Below are positions 55,558 to 64,000 of a DNA stretch of 64,000 bases, in pieces. Under the pieces are notes generated by a model, which was given only the letters and a program-made list of their open reading frames with translations, was not told the DNA's origin and made no database searches. Each line of letters starts with the position of its first letter. The stretch's first letter is position 1. The translations under genes were made by a program, and so were the position numbers. Source of the DNA: an uncultured Actinomycetes bacterium (GTDB lineage: Bacteria; Actinomycetota; UBA4738; CALAEC01); the NCBI GenBank assembly GCA_964551945.1, contig CAZKFH010000002.1, forward strand, positions 31,785 through 95,784. The letters are read 5' to 3'.

Positions 55558-56906
55558 CAGCCGCCTCGATCCTTGGCGGCGCGCATGAACTGCGTCGCCT
55601 CCGCGTCCTCGGCCGGGCGCTCGCGGGTTCCCGCTGAGACCCGGATCAGCAGAGCGAGCAGCACGAAGTTCGCGACGAGGCTCGATCCTCCGTAGGACAC
55701 GAACGGCAACGTGATGCCCGTCAGGGGGATGAGGCGTGTGACCCCACCGACGATGACGAACGTCTGAAGGGCGAGCGTCGTCGCGAGGCCCGTCGCGAGC
55801 AGCTGACCGAACCCGTCCGGGGAGCGAACCGCGGCGCGTAATCCACGGAAGATGAGCAGCACGAACAGGAGGAGCACCGCCATCGCCCCCAGCAGGCCCA
55901 GCTCCTCTCCGACCGCCGAGAAGACGAAGTCGGTGTGCGCATCCGGGATGATCCCGGGGCTGCCCTGACCCAGTCCCGTGCCCGCGATCCCGCCCGTCGC
56001 CAGCGCGAACAGCGACTGCGCGAGCTGATACCCCTGGACCTGAATCAGCTCGGGGTCGAACACGTTCAGCCAGACCGCCACCCGGTCCTGGACATGGTCG
56101 AACATGGTGTAGCCCGCGAACGCACCCGCGGCGAACAGCACGAACCCGAGCGCGAGATAGGCGGCCCTGCCGGTCGCGACCCACAGCATCACGACGACGA
56201 TCCCGAAGAAGAGGAGCGAGGAGCCGAGGTCTTTCTCCAGGAACAGGACGACGAGCGAGACCCCCCACGCCACGAGCAACGGGGCTAGGTGCCGGGGCTC
56301 CGGAAGCGCGAGCGGGCCGATCCGCCGCGTCGCGACCGCGAGCAGCTCCTTCCGAGCGTTGAGGTAGGAAGCAAGGAAGATGACGAGCAGGACCTTGCCG
56401 ATCTCGGCGGGCTGGAACTGCAAGGGACCGATCCCCACCCACAGCCGCGCCCCGCGCACCTCGCGGCCGATCCCGGGGGCGAGTGGCAGCAGGAGCATGA
56501 GCAGGCCAATGAGGCCGATCGTGTACGTGTACTGGTCGAGCTGGCGGTGGTCGCGAACGACGATCAGCGTCAGCGCGAAGAGAGCCAGGCCGAGGAGCAG
56601 CCACAGCGTCTGCGCGTCACCGAGCTCGGGTCTCAGGCGGTAGATGAACGCGAGTCCCAGTCCGGCCAGCAGCACCGCGGCCGGCAGGAAGACCGGGTCC
56701 GCCGCGGGAGCGAAACGGCGCACCAGGACGTGGACCAAGAGGTAGGCACCGGTCAGCGCCAGGCCGTACGCCGTGAGGTCGACGGGGATCGCTCCGTCCA
56801 ATCCGAGACCCACCAGCGCATACGCACCGACGGCGATGACGTTCGCGAGCACCAGGAGCGCGAGCTCGGCGTTTCTCCGGGCCCGGCCGAGGTCGGGCGA
56901 GATCAC
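55557..56906 (-). CDS. rodA: SEDS-family peptidoglycan glycosyltransferase RodA/FtsW
   Basis: It has ten transmembrane segments and the conserved SEDS motifs. Confidence 0.85.
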   Translation of the reverse strand: MISPDLGRARRNAELALLVLANVIAVGAYALVGLGLDGAIPVDLTAYGLALTGAYLLVHVLVRRFAPAADPVFLPAAVLLAGLGLAFIYRLRPELGDAQTLWLLLGLALFALTLIVVRDHRQLDQYTYTIGLIGLLMLLLPLAPGIGREVRGARLWVGIGPLQFQPAEIGKVLLVIFLASYLNARKELLAVATRRIGPLALPEPRHLAPLLVAWGVSLVVLFLEKDLGSSLLFFGIVVVMLWVATGRAAYLALGFVLFAAGAFAGYTMFDHVQDRVAVWLNVFDPELIQVQGYQLAQSLFALATGGIAGTGLGQGSPGIIPDAHTDFVFSAVGEELGLLGAMAVLLLFVLLIFRGLRAAVRSPDGFGQLLATGLATTLALQTFVIVGGVTRLIPLTGITLPFVSYGGSSLVANFVLLALLIRVSAGTRERPAEDAEATQFMRAAKDRGG

Positions 56907-58033
56907 CGTGCGCCCGCCGGTTCGTCCGGCTGCGTCGAGCCGAGAGCCGTTCGCATCTGCTCGATGATCGACCGGGCATCCTCCTCGCTCGCTGCGGTGA
57001 TCCCATCCGAGAGGCCCTGGTATTCGGGAAAGGCGCCGACCTCCTCCGCGGAGAGTTCAGGGAACTCCTTGACCGCGCTCGAGAGGTCGATGCCGAGCGG
57101 CGCTGCCGGGATGCCCCGGTACAGCGCGATGACCCCGTTCGATTCGCCCACGTAGAACTGGTTGTCGATCCAAAGAGCCTTCGCGGCCCAGAGCGCTCCG
57201 GTGATCACCACGAGCACAGCCACCAGCCAGACCATCCATGGCCGCACCCGTCTCCGATCCGCGGCTCGAGCCACGGCCGGGCGGCTGGCAGATCGCAAAG
57301 GCGATCCCACCTCGGTCTGTTTCTCTCCCGTAGCGTCCAGCACGTCGATGACGACCGCCGTGATGTTGTCCTGTCCGCCGCCCGCGTTCGCGGCGTCGAC
57401 CAGAGCGTTCGCGGCTGCCTGGGGATCGGCATGTTCGGTGAGGATCCGAGTGATCTCATCCTCGCCGATCATCCCGGTGAGCCCGTCGCTGCAGAGCAGA
57501 AGGCGGTCCCCCGTACGAGGCTCGATCGCTCCCTGGTCGACCTGCAACGACTGGTCGACCCCGAGCGCACGGGTGAGGATGCTGCGCTGCGGATGGATCT
57601 CGGCTTCCTCCGCGGTGAGGCGTCCCTCGTCGACGAGACGTTCGACCACCGTGTGGTCCTTGGTCAGTCGTTGGATGGTTCCGTCACGGAGCAGGTAGGC
57701 GCGGGAGTCTCCGACGTGGGCCAGCCGAAGCACGTTCCCCTCGTGTCGGAGCGCCGTCAGCGTGGTGCCCATGCCGGTAAGCCCGGGGTCACCCGCGGCA
57801 CGCCGGAACACCTCGTCGTTGGCCTTGCGCACGAGCCCCTCCAATGGGCCATCACCTTGGGAGAGAACCTCCAGGGCGACGCTCGAGGCCACCTCGCCGC
57901 CTTGATGTCCGCCCATGCCGTCCGCTACGGCGAACAGCGGCTCGTTGGCCGTGTACGAGTCCTCGTTGCCCTTGCGCACGCGGCCGACATCGGTCCGTGC
58001 ACCGACGCGAAGCTTCATAGGTGCCCTCGTCAC
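56903..58033 (-). CDS. pstP: PP2C-family Ser/Thr phosphatase PstP with a C-terminal TM anchor
   Basis: The PP2C motifs are GRVRKGNEDS, DGMGGH and DSRAYL. The transmembrane helix is PWMVWLVAVLVVITGALWAA. Confidence 0.85.
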   Translation of the reverse strand: MTRAPMKLRVGARTDVGRVRKGNEDSYTANEPLFAVADGMGGHQGGEVASSVALEVLSQGDGPLEGLVRKANDEVFRRAAGDPGLTGMGTTLTALRHEGNVLRLAHVGDSRAYLLRDGTIQRLTKDHTVVERLVDEGRLTAEEAEIHPQRSILTRALGVDQSLQVDQGAIEPRTGDRLLLCSDGLTGMIGEDEITRILTEHADPQAAANALVDAANAGGGQDNITAVVIDVLDATGEKQTEVGSPLRSASRPAVARAADRRRVRPWMVWLVAVLVVITGALWAAKALWIDNQFYVGESNGVIALYRGIPAAPLGIDLSSAVKEFPELSAEEVGAFPEYQGLSDGITAASEEDARSIIEQMRTALGSTQPDEPAGAR

Positions 58034-58491
58034 TTCCGTACCTCGATCACGGTCTTCCCGACCCGGATGCGGTCACCGGGCGAGAGCTGCGAGGGGACCG
58101 TCACCTTCTGCTGATTGAGATATGTGCCGTTCGTTGATCCCAGGTCCTCGACCAGCCACGAGCCATTGCGTTCGAAGATGCGCGCGTGCTGCTGGGACAG
58201 GTAGGTGTCGTCCGGGCGGATCGCGCAGGTTGCGTCGCGGCCGATCTCGAGCGCCTCGCTCAGCCGGTGCGTGCTGACGCGCGAGCCGTTCTCATCCAGA
58301 ACGACCACCTTTGTCGGCGAGCCGCGTCCCCGCCGAGCCGGTCGTGCTCGTTCTCGCGATCGCTCTCCCTTGGGGCGCCGCTCCCGTGGTCCGTAGAGGT
58401 CGATGACGACGGCACGAACCGCTCGCCAGACGAAGAAGTACAGGAGGGCGAGGAGCGCGATCTTCAGGACGGTCAGGACGAATGCCGGCAT
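58030..58491 (-). CDS. fhaB: FHA-domain membrane protein FhaB (FipA)
   Basis: The start is the ATG at 58489..58491 (MPAFVLTVLKIALLALLYFF). The C-terminal FHA domain reads GRDATCAIRPDDTYLSQQHARIFERNGSWLVEDLGSTNGTYLN. Confidence 0.8.
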   Translation of the reverse strand: MPAFVLTVLKIALLALLYFFVWRAVRAVVIDLYGPRERRPKGERSRERARPARRGRGSPTKVVVLDENGSRVSTHRLSEALEIGRDATCAIRPDDTYLSQQHARIFERNGSWLVEDLGSTNGTYLNQQKVTVPSQLSPGDRIRVGKTVIEVRK

Positions 58492-58493
58492 GC

Positions 58494-59198
58494 TCAGGCC
58501 TTCCTGAACTCGAGGACGGTTCTGCCGATCGTGATGCGGTCGCCGTCCTCCAGTGTGGACTCGGAGACGGGAGCGTCGTTCAGAAGGGTGCCGTTGGTCG
58601 AGCCCAGGTCCACCAGGAGGTAGTCCTCCCCGTCCCGCCGGATCTCCGCATGCCGCCTGCTGGCGCCCGGGTCCTGGATCTCGATCTCGGACCCGGAGAT
58701 GCGGCCGATCACGGCCCGCTCGCCGTCGAGCTGCCACTCCTCGTTGGAGCCTTGGAGGGTCAATCGCGCCGCATGCCCGGCGCCGGCGGGGGCCACTGCG
58801 GCGGGACGCTCGGCGGTTTGCGGCCCGGGGGCCTCCGAGAGCTCGGCGCTCACGATCAGGTCTCCCTTCTTCAGCCCCTCGTCGGTCTCGAAGACGACCT
58901 CGGGACGGGCCACCAGGCCGTGGCCACCCTCCTTGGCGCCCTCGGAGACGACCGTCTCCAGCTCGCGGATCAGGGCACCCTCCATGCTCGCGAATCGCTC
59001 TCGATCCGCCGCGGAGATCGTGAGGATGTAGCGGTTCGGCACCCAGACTTCCTTCACGCCGACGGTCTTGGCGGTCTCCATCTCGCGCAGGATGCGCTTG
59101 GCGATCTCGACCGGCTGGAGGCCGGAGCGGAAGGCCGCCTTGAAGAAGCCCTCGATCCCTCGCTCGAGGCGGCTCTCGAAGTTGCGTAGAACACCCAT
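58494..59198 (-). CDS. fhaA: FHA-domain protein FhaA (DUF3662 + FHA)
   Basis: The start is the ATG at 59196..59198 (MGVLRNFESRLERGIEGFF, the DUF3662 N-terminus). The C-terminal FHA reads GRISGSEIEIQDPGASRRHAEIRRDGEDYLLVDLGSTNGTLLN. Confidence 0.8.
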   Translation of the reverse strand: MGVLRNFESRLERGIEGFFKAAFRSGLQPVEIAKRILREMETAKTVGVKEVWVPNRYILTISAADRERFASMEGALIRELETVVSEGAKEGGHGLVARPEVVFETDEGLKKGDLIVSAELSEAPGPQTAERPAAVAPAGAGHAARLTLQGSNEEWQLDGERAVIGRISGSEIEIQDPGASRRHAEIRRDGEDYLLVDLGSTNGTLLNDAPVSESTLEDGDRITIGRTVLEFRKA

Positions 59199-59388
59199 TT
59201 TGCGAGTGGTTTCCCCTGGTCGGAGGCGGCGAATCGCCCGGATTATAGGCATCGGACCCCTTCGGGCCCCTGATACGAGGTGGCTCGGGTCGTGTAGCCG
59301 GTCGAAAGGGTTATTTCGATTCCACGTCGAATGGTACTGGTGAGCCGCCGAAGGAGCGGTCCGATCTCGCCCATGGAGGAGGAGCCCG

Positions 59389-61296
59389 ATGCCCGTACGA
59401 GCCGCCCTGCTCGTTTCCGTCCTGACGATGACCGCCCTGCAAGTCACCAGCGTGGCCGCGGATCACGAAGCGTTCAGCCCCGAGGCACAGATCGCGATCG
59501 TCCACCTGGGTGTGGATCCCGAGAGCGTGAGGGTCACGGACGAGTACACGTCCGATCACAACGGGGTCACTCACGTGTATCTGCGGCAGATCGAGAATGG
59601 CGTGGACGTCGCCGGCGCCGACGCCACGGTCAACGTACAGAACGGCGTCGTCGTCTTCAGCGGGACGCGCTTCGTCGAGTCTGAGGCCCTCTCGGGAGCG
59701 CAGGTATTGACCGCCCGCCAGGCTCTCGAAGCCGCTGCGACCACCATCCACTCCGACACCGCGGAGGTTGTGGCCGCGCCCGTTCTCCTGTACCGAGTGC
59801 TGGATGATGGGACCGTCAGGCTGGCCTACGACCTGCAGATCCAGACCCCCCGCCACTGGTGGAACCTCTCGGTCGACGCCGAGAACGGACGCGTCGTCCA
59901 TCGGTACGACTTCGTGGACAGCGAGAGCGCGGAGCACATTGCCGCGAGGACGGCGAGGCAGGAGGATACCCACGCGGTCCGGGGGATGCTGGCTGCGATC
60001 GAGCCGCCCCAGCAGGCCGCCGATGGATCCTCCTACAACGTCTTCGCGATGCCCTTGGAGAGCCCCAACGACGGGAATCGCCAAGTGGTCCACAACCCCG
60101 CGGACTCGGAGGCCTCGCCCTTCGGATGGCACGACACGAACGGTGTCGTCGGACCTGAGTACACGATCACCCAGGGCAACAACGTCAACGCCTACGGGGA
60201 CAGCGACAACAACAACGCTCCCGATCCCGCCAGCCAGCCGGACGGCGGCGCGAGCCTCGACTTCAACCACCTGATCCCGACCTATGACGCTTCTCCCGCT
60301 GTGTACCGGGACGCCGCGGTCGACAACCTCTTCTACTGGAACAACGTCATGCACGACGTGACCCACAAGTACGGCTTCAACGAGGAAGCGGGCAACTTCC
60401 AGGTCACGAACTACACGGGCACCGGTGTCGGCAACGACGCGGTCCAGGCCGAGGCGCAGGACGGCGGGGGCGTTCTAAACGCGAACTTCGCCACACCGGC
60501 TGACGGCGCTCCCGGGCGGATGCAGATGTACCTGTGGGCCGATGCGTTCGACACGCTCGGCCTGGGAGTTGAGGACGTCGTCCGCCCCTACAGCCATCAG
60601 GTGCGCGACGGCGACCTCGACGGCGGCGTGATCGCCCACGAGTACGGGCACGGGATCTCGAACCGCCTCGTCGGCGGACCGAGCAACGTGAGCTGCCTTC
60701 GAACCCACGACGAGCGCGAGGGCGAGGGATGGAGCGACTGGTGGTCGTACGTCCTGACGATGCGTCCCGGAGACGACGGCTCCACGCCTCGGGGCATCGG
60801 TACCTACGTGGTGTACCACGACGAGGGCCGGACGGGGACGGGCATCCGCATCACGCCCTACTCCACGAACATGACGATCAACCCCTCGACGTACAACACA
60901 ATCAAGACCGCCCTTGAGCCGCATGGCGTCGGCTATGTGTGGGCCTCGATGTTGTGGGACCTCTACTGGAACCTCGTCAAGGCGCACGGTTTCAACCCGA
61001 ACCCGTACGACCCCTGGCAAACCGGGGGGAACAACCTCGCGATCCAGCTCGTCATGGACGGGATGAAGTTCTCTGCATGCGAGCCGGGGTTCGTCGATGC
61101 TCGCGATGCGATCATCGCCGCCGACGCCGCCCTGACCGGCGACGTCGCGAACGGGGTTCCCGGCGCGAACGAGTGCCTGATCTGGCGGACCTTCGCGCGC
61201 CGGGGTCTGGGTGTCGATGCGAGCCAGGGCAATTTCGAGAGCAAGACCGACGGCAAGAACGGGTTCAAGTTTCCCGACCACTGCGCCGCGGGCTGA
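59389..61296 (+). CDS. Secreted M36 (fungalysin-like) zinc metalloprotease with FTP/PepSY propeptide
   Basis: The signal peptide is MPVRAALLVSVLTMTALQVTSVAA. The zinc site HEYGHGISNRL and a downstream Glu match the M36 signature. Confidence 0.75.
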   Translation: MPVRAALLVSVLTMTALQVTSVAADHEAFSPEAQIAIVHLGVDPESVRVTDEYTSDHNGVTHVYLRQIENGVDVAGADATVNVQNGVVVFSGTRFVESEALSGAQVLTARQALEAAATTIHSDTAEVVAAPVLLYRVLDDGTVRLAYDLQIQTPRHWWNLSVDAENGRVVHRYDFVDSESAEHIAARTARQEDTHAVRGMLAAIEPPQQAADGSSYNVFAMPLESPNDGNRQVVHNPADSEASPFGWHDTNGVVGPEYTITQGNNVNAYGDSDNNNAPDPASQPDGGASLDFNHLIPTYDASPAVYRDAAVDNLFYWNNVMHDVTHKYGFNEEAGNFQVTNYTGTGVGNDAVQAEAQDGGGVLNANFATPADGAPGRMQMYLWADAFDTLGLGVEDVVRPYSHQVRDGDLDGGVIAHEYGHGISNRLVGGPSNVSCLRTHDEREGEGWSDWWSYVLTMRPGDDGSTPRGIGTYVVYHDEGRTGTGIRITPYSTNMTINPSTYNTIKTALEPHGVGYVWASMLWDLYWNLVKAHGFNPNPYDPWQTGGNNLAIQLVMDGMKFSACEPGFVDARDAIIAADAALTGDVANGVPGANECLIWRTFARRGLGVDASQGNFESKTDGKNGFKFPDHCAAG

Positions 61297-61348
61297 TCCT
61301 GAGGGGAGGTTTCCGAGCAGGCCCACGGGCCGACACGGTCAAAGCGAG

Positions 61349-61433
61349 TGCGGGCGAGAGGATTCGAACCTCCAAGCTCTTACGAGCACACGGCCCTGAA
61401 CCGTGCGTGTTTGCCAGATTTCACCACGCCCGC
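61349..61433 (-). tRNA. tRNA-Leu (anticodon CAG) with a long variable arm
   Basis: The reverse complement reads GCGGGCGTGGTGAAATCTGGCAAACACGCACGGTTCAGGGCCGTGTGCTCGTAAGAGCTTGGAGGTTCGAATCCTCTCGCCCGCA. CCA is not encoded. Confidence 0.85.
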
Positions 61434-61656
61434 GCTGTCCTCCAAGTTTACGACGAAGGACCGGGGGATGGGTCATGGGATTCCGGCCGATCTCTTCGGA
61501 TGCGGTGTGGGGTGTCGGCCCTCGCTGGTTTCCCCAGCTTCGTAACGCTCGGGCCCGATCCTCAGTATCTGTGGGCAGTGCCTCATCCGCTGTTCCGTGC
61601 CTGGGACCGGCCGCCGACACCACCGCTTCGAGGAGCGACAACTACTATGGCGAACG

Positions 61657-64000
61657 GTGGCTACTGAGGAAGCTTCGGCGTGGGCTCCGCTCCATCAATC
61701 CTTCGCGCCTCTTCCCTTCCAGCTTCGACGCGGTAGCGGGGCAGTAGTCGGGCGGCCGATCGAGCTCGAGGCCATCCAGCAAGAGCTCGCATCGGCGCGA
61801 AGCGGTCGCCTCGCGGCCATCACGCTCGAGGGGGAGCCGGGGATCGGAAAGACCCGGCTCATCCTGGCCGCGTCCGAGGCCGCCGCCACTCAGGGGTTCA
61901 CCGTCATCCCGGTGGCCGCGGACGAGGAGATCCGGGGTCCGTTCCTCCTCGCCCGCTCGATCGTCGGGTCACCGGAAGCCGCTGCGGCAAGCACCGGCAC
62001 GGGAGCCTCGGAAGCGATCGAGCGCGGCATCGCGTCGCTCTCAGGGCAGGACGACCCAAGCCTGCACGGCCTGCCTCCGGACCAGAAGCTTCTTCGGACG
62101 TTGGATCTGGGAGCCGTTGCTCTTCGTGCGCTGGCAACCGAGAAGCCCCTGGCTCTGTTCGTCGACGATCTGCAGTGGGCGGACGACGACAGCCTCCGCG
62201 TGCTCCGCTATCTGGTCCGTGTCGCCGCGTCGAGCCCGATCTTCTTGATGATGGCCACCCGTCCTGAGGAGCTCGCCTTCGTCAGCGAGGCGGTCAACCT
62301 GATCGCCGACATGGAACGGCTCGGGATGGTTCGCCGCCTCAAGCTGGGCCGGCTTACGCAGATGGAGTCTGCGGAGCTGCTTCGCCAGGTCCTGGGCGGC
62401 AAGGTGGATGCAGCGGGCGCCGCGACGATGCACGCACAGGCCGAAGGCGTGCCGTTCATCGTCGAAGAGATCGCTCACGCGTACCGGGACGCCGGGATGA
62501 TCCAGGAGATCGACGGCACGTGGGCCCTCGCGAAGAACGCCGAGCGGTTGGTGCCCTCCGCGGTGCGCACGTTGATCTCACGCCGCGCGGCGCGAGTCCC
62601 AGAGGAGACGAAGAAGGCGCTCGCAGAAGCGGGCGTCCTGGGACGGCACTTCAGCCTGAAGGACCTCACGGTACTCCGGGACCGCTTGGGTGACGAGGAC
62701 GCGACCGCCGAGACACTTGACGAGGCGCTCCGCCCGGCTGTCGCGGCGGGCCTGCTCGTGTCGCATGGGGAGGACTCGCCCGCGGACTACAGCTTCGCGC
62801 ACGACCAAGTGCGCGAGTTCGCGGCGAGTGAGCTCACGCCCGCGCGGCGTCGAGCCATCCACACGGCCATCGTCGAGCTGCTCATGGCGGGGGAGCCGGC
62901 ACCCGAGAGTCTCCCGCTGCTCGCGTATCACGCGAAGGCAGCGGGCGATGCCCCGGTCTGCGTCCGATTCTCCTTGCAGGCGATCGGAAACGCATTGGGA
63001 GCCAGCGCGCCGGAGGAGGTCCTCCGCGTCGTGGACCTTGCCCTTCCGGCCGCGTCGACTCCCCAGGACCGCGTGGCGCTGCTCAAAGCGAGAGACCAGG
63101 CGCTCGACATGCTTCGCCGAGCGGATGATCGTTTGCAGGGGCTCGCCGAGCTTGCCGCTCTCGCGGAGGCGCTCGGAGACGCCGAGCTCGAGACCGAGGT
63201 GCAGCTGCGAAGAGCCGCAGCGCTTCGCCTCTCGGACGAGTGTGAACAGGCGGCGGATCTCGCCGGCCGAGTCCGCGACCTTGCCGCTTCTCGTGGTGAC
63301 AGGGTGGCTGAGCTCTCGGCCTCCCTCGAGCTTGGACAGGCGCTGATCCGCGCCGCGATCGGTGAGGCCTACAGCCTGTCGACGCACGAAGCGGATGTCG
63401 AGGGAGGGGAGGAGGCCTATCGCCGGGCCGCCGAGCTTGCTGAGGAGCTAGGGGACGATGCGAGTCTCGCGGGGGCGCACCGCGAGCTCGGGGTGATCGC
63501 GTTCGCGAAGGTTCGCGACTACTTCGTCGAGCGCGTACTGGCGGGCGACCAGGTCGAGATGCAGCAGCGGATCGCGAGCGGAGCTACGCCCACGGAGCTC
63601 ATGAGCGAGACGCCGGTCGCTCCGATCGCAGCGGAGGCGGGTCAGCACTTCGCGCGGTCCCTCGAGCTGTACGAGAAAGTCGGGGATCGCCGGGGCGCGA
63701 TGACGACCATCATCGCGATGGCCTACGCGAGCTGGGGACCCGACATCCACTTCGGCTCGGGGGCGGGCCGGCACATCGAGGAGATCCGCCGGGTGTTCTC
63801 GCGGATGGAGAGTATGACGAACGAGAGCGAGCGGTCGCTCGCCGAGGCGCAGATGCTCTACGGCGTCCATGTCTTCTCCCGCGCGAAGGTCGTTCCGGAC
63901 CTCGCGGTGCTCCGCGGAGAGGAGGCGCATCGTCAGGCTCGACTGATCGGCGACCGTGCCCTCGAGTTCGTCGCGGCCGGCGGGACCGGGATGGCGTACC
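61657..64000 (+). CDS. Large AAA(+) ATPase + TPR-repeat regulator (LAL/LuxR-like N-terminal architecture), 3' partial (runs off the window end)
   Basis: Walker A is GEPGIGKTRL. Walker B is LALFVDDLQWADDDSL. TPR-like helical repeats follow. The frame stays open from the stop at 61545 to position 64000. The start is uncertain; candidates are the GTGs at 61597 and 61657. Confidence 0.55.
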   Translation, partial: MATEEASAWAPLHQSFAPLPFQLRRGSGAVVGRPIELEAIQQELASARSGRLAAITLEGEPGIGKTRLILAASEAAATQGFTVIPVAADEEIRGPFLLARSIVGSPEAAAASTGTGASEAIERGIASLSGQDDPSLHGLPPDQKLLRTLDLGAVALRALATEKPLALFVDDLQWADDDSLRVLRYLVRVAASSPIFLMMATRPEELAFVSEAVNLIADMERLGMVRRLKLGRLTQMESAELLRQVLGGKVDAAGAATMHAQAEGVPFIVEEIAHAYRDAGMIQEIDGTWALAKNAERLVPSAVRTLISRRAARVPEETKKALAEAGVLGRHFSLKDLTVLRDRLGDEDATAETLDEALRPAVAAGLLVSHGEDSPADYSFAHDQVREFAASELTPARRRAIHTAIVELLMAGEPAPESLPLLAYHAKAAGDAPVCVRFSLQAIGNALGASAPEEVLRVVDLALPAASTPQDRVALLKARDQALDMLRRADDRLQGLAELAALAEALGDAELETEVQLRRAAALRLSDECEQAADLAGRVRDLAASRGDRVAELSASLELGQALIRAAIGEAYSLSTHEADVEGGEEAYRRAAELAEELGDDASLAGAHRELGVIAFAKVRDYFVERVLAGDQVEMQQRIASGATPTELMSETPVAPIAAEAGQHFARSLELYEKVGDRRGAMTTIIAMAYASWGPDIHFGSGAGRHIEEIRRVFSRMESMTNESERSLAEAQMLYGVHVFSRAKVVPDLAVLRGEEAHRQARLIGDRALEFVAAGGTGMAY

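Noticed and set aside
54079-56604. 841-aa ORF in the track
   Set aside because: Only the last 492 codons (54079..55557) are PbpA. The upstream 349 codons run through rodA in a different frame and are Arg/Pro/Gly junk. The real pbpA start is the ATG overlapping the rodA stop.
61348-61545. 65-aa ORF starting MRARGFEPP
   Set aside because: It is the antisense reading of tRNA-Leu (GGATTCGAACC is the T-arm). It is a spurious ORF.

Overview
This is a high-GC (about 70%) actinobacterial chromosome segment centred on the replication origin. Gene order closely follows the Mycobacterium oriC neighbourhood. It reads, in order: pcnA (cca), mutT-like NUDIX hydrolase, an Rv3909-like large exported protein, murJ, sigM-like ECF sigma with ZAS anti-sigma, trxB, trxA, cwlM, parB, parA, rsmG, jag, yidC, yidD, rnpA, rpmH, then oriC with dnaA, dnaN, recF, a DUF721 (DciA-like) gene, gyrB, gyrA, then tRNA-Ile, tRNA-Ala, crgA, a DUF881 gene, and the fhaA-fhaB-pstP-rodA-pbpA-pknA-pknB division and signalling operon. 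Lineage-specific insertions lie between these blocks. They include a Ni-SOD pair (sodN with its maturation peptidase sodX), a KGG stress protein, an orphan pilT, an M23 peptidase between trxB and trxA, an archease without rtcB, a tandem-domain ThyX, penicillin acylase, fadD, an M36 fungalysin-like protease, and a UbiA/GT-C cell-wall pair. Next to tRNA-Ala sits a five-gene cassette of hypotheticals bracketed by an inverted pair of PH-domain paralogs. The window ends in a partial AAA+TPR regulator. I found no CRISPR array, no transposase or IS element, and no rRNA. No single obvious defence or toxin system stands out. The most unusual items are an ectopic DnaA-box palindrome in an AT-rich islet at the crgA/fmdB junction, the split MurJ/kinase arrangement with an intervening TadE-like gene, the PH-paralog-flanked cassette, the tandem ThyX, and the zinc-ribbon trio around a thiolase. 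Many long antisense ORFs in the track are high-GC artifacts. Coordinates refined from the ORF track were checked codon by codon where stated; the rest are approximate to within a few nucleotides.
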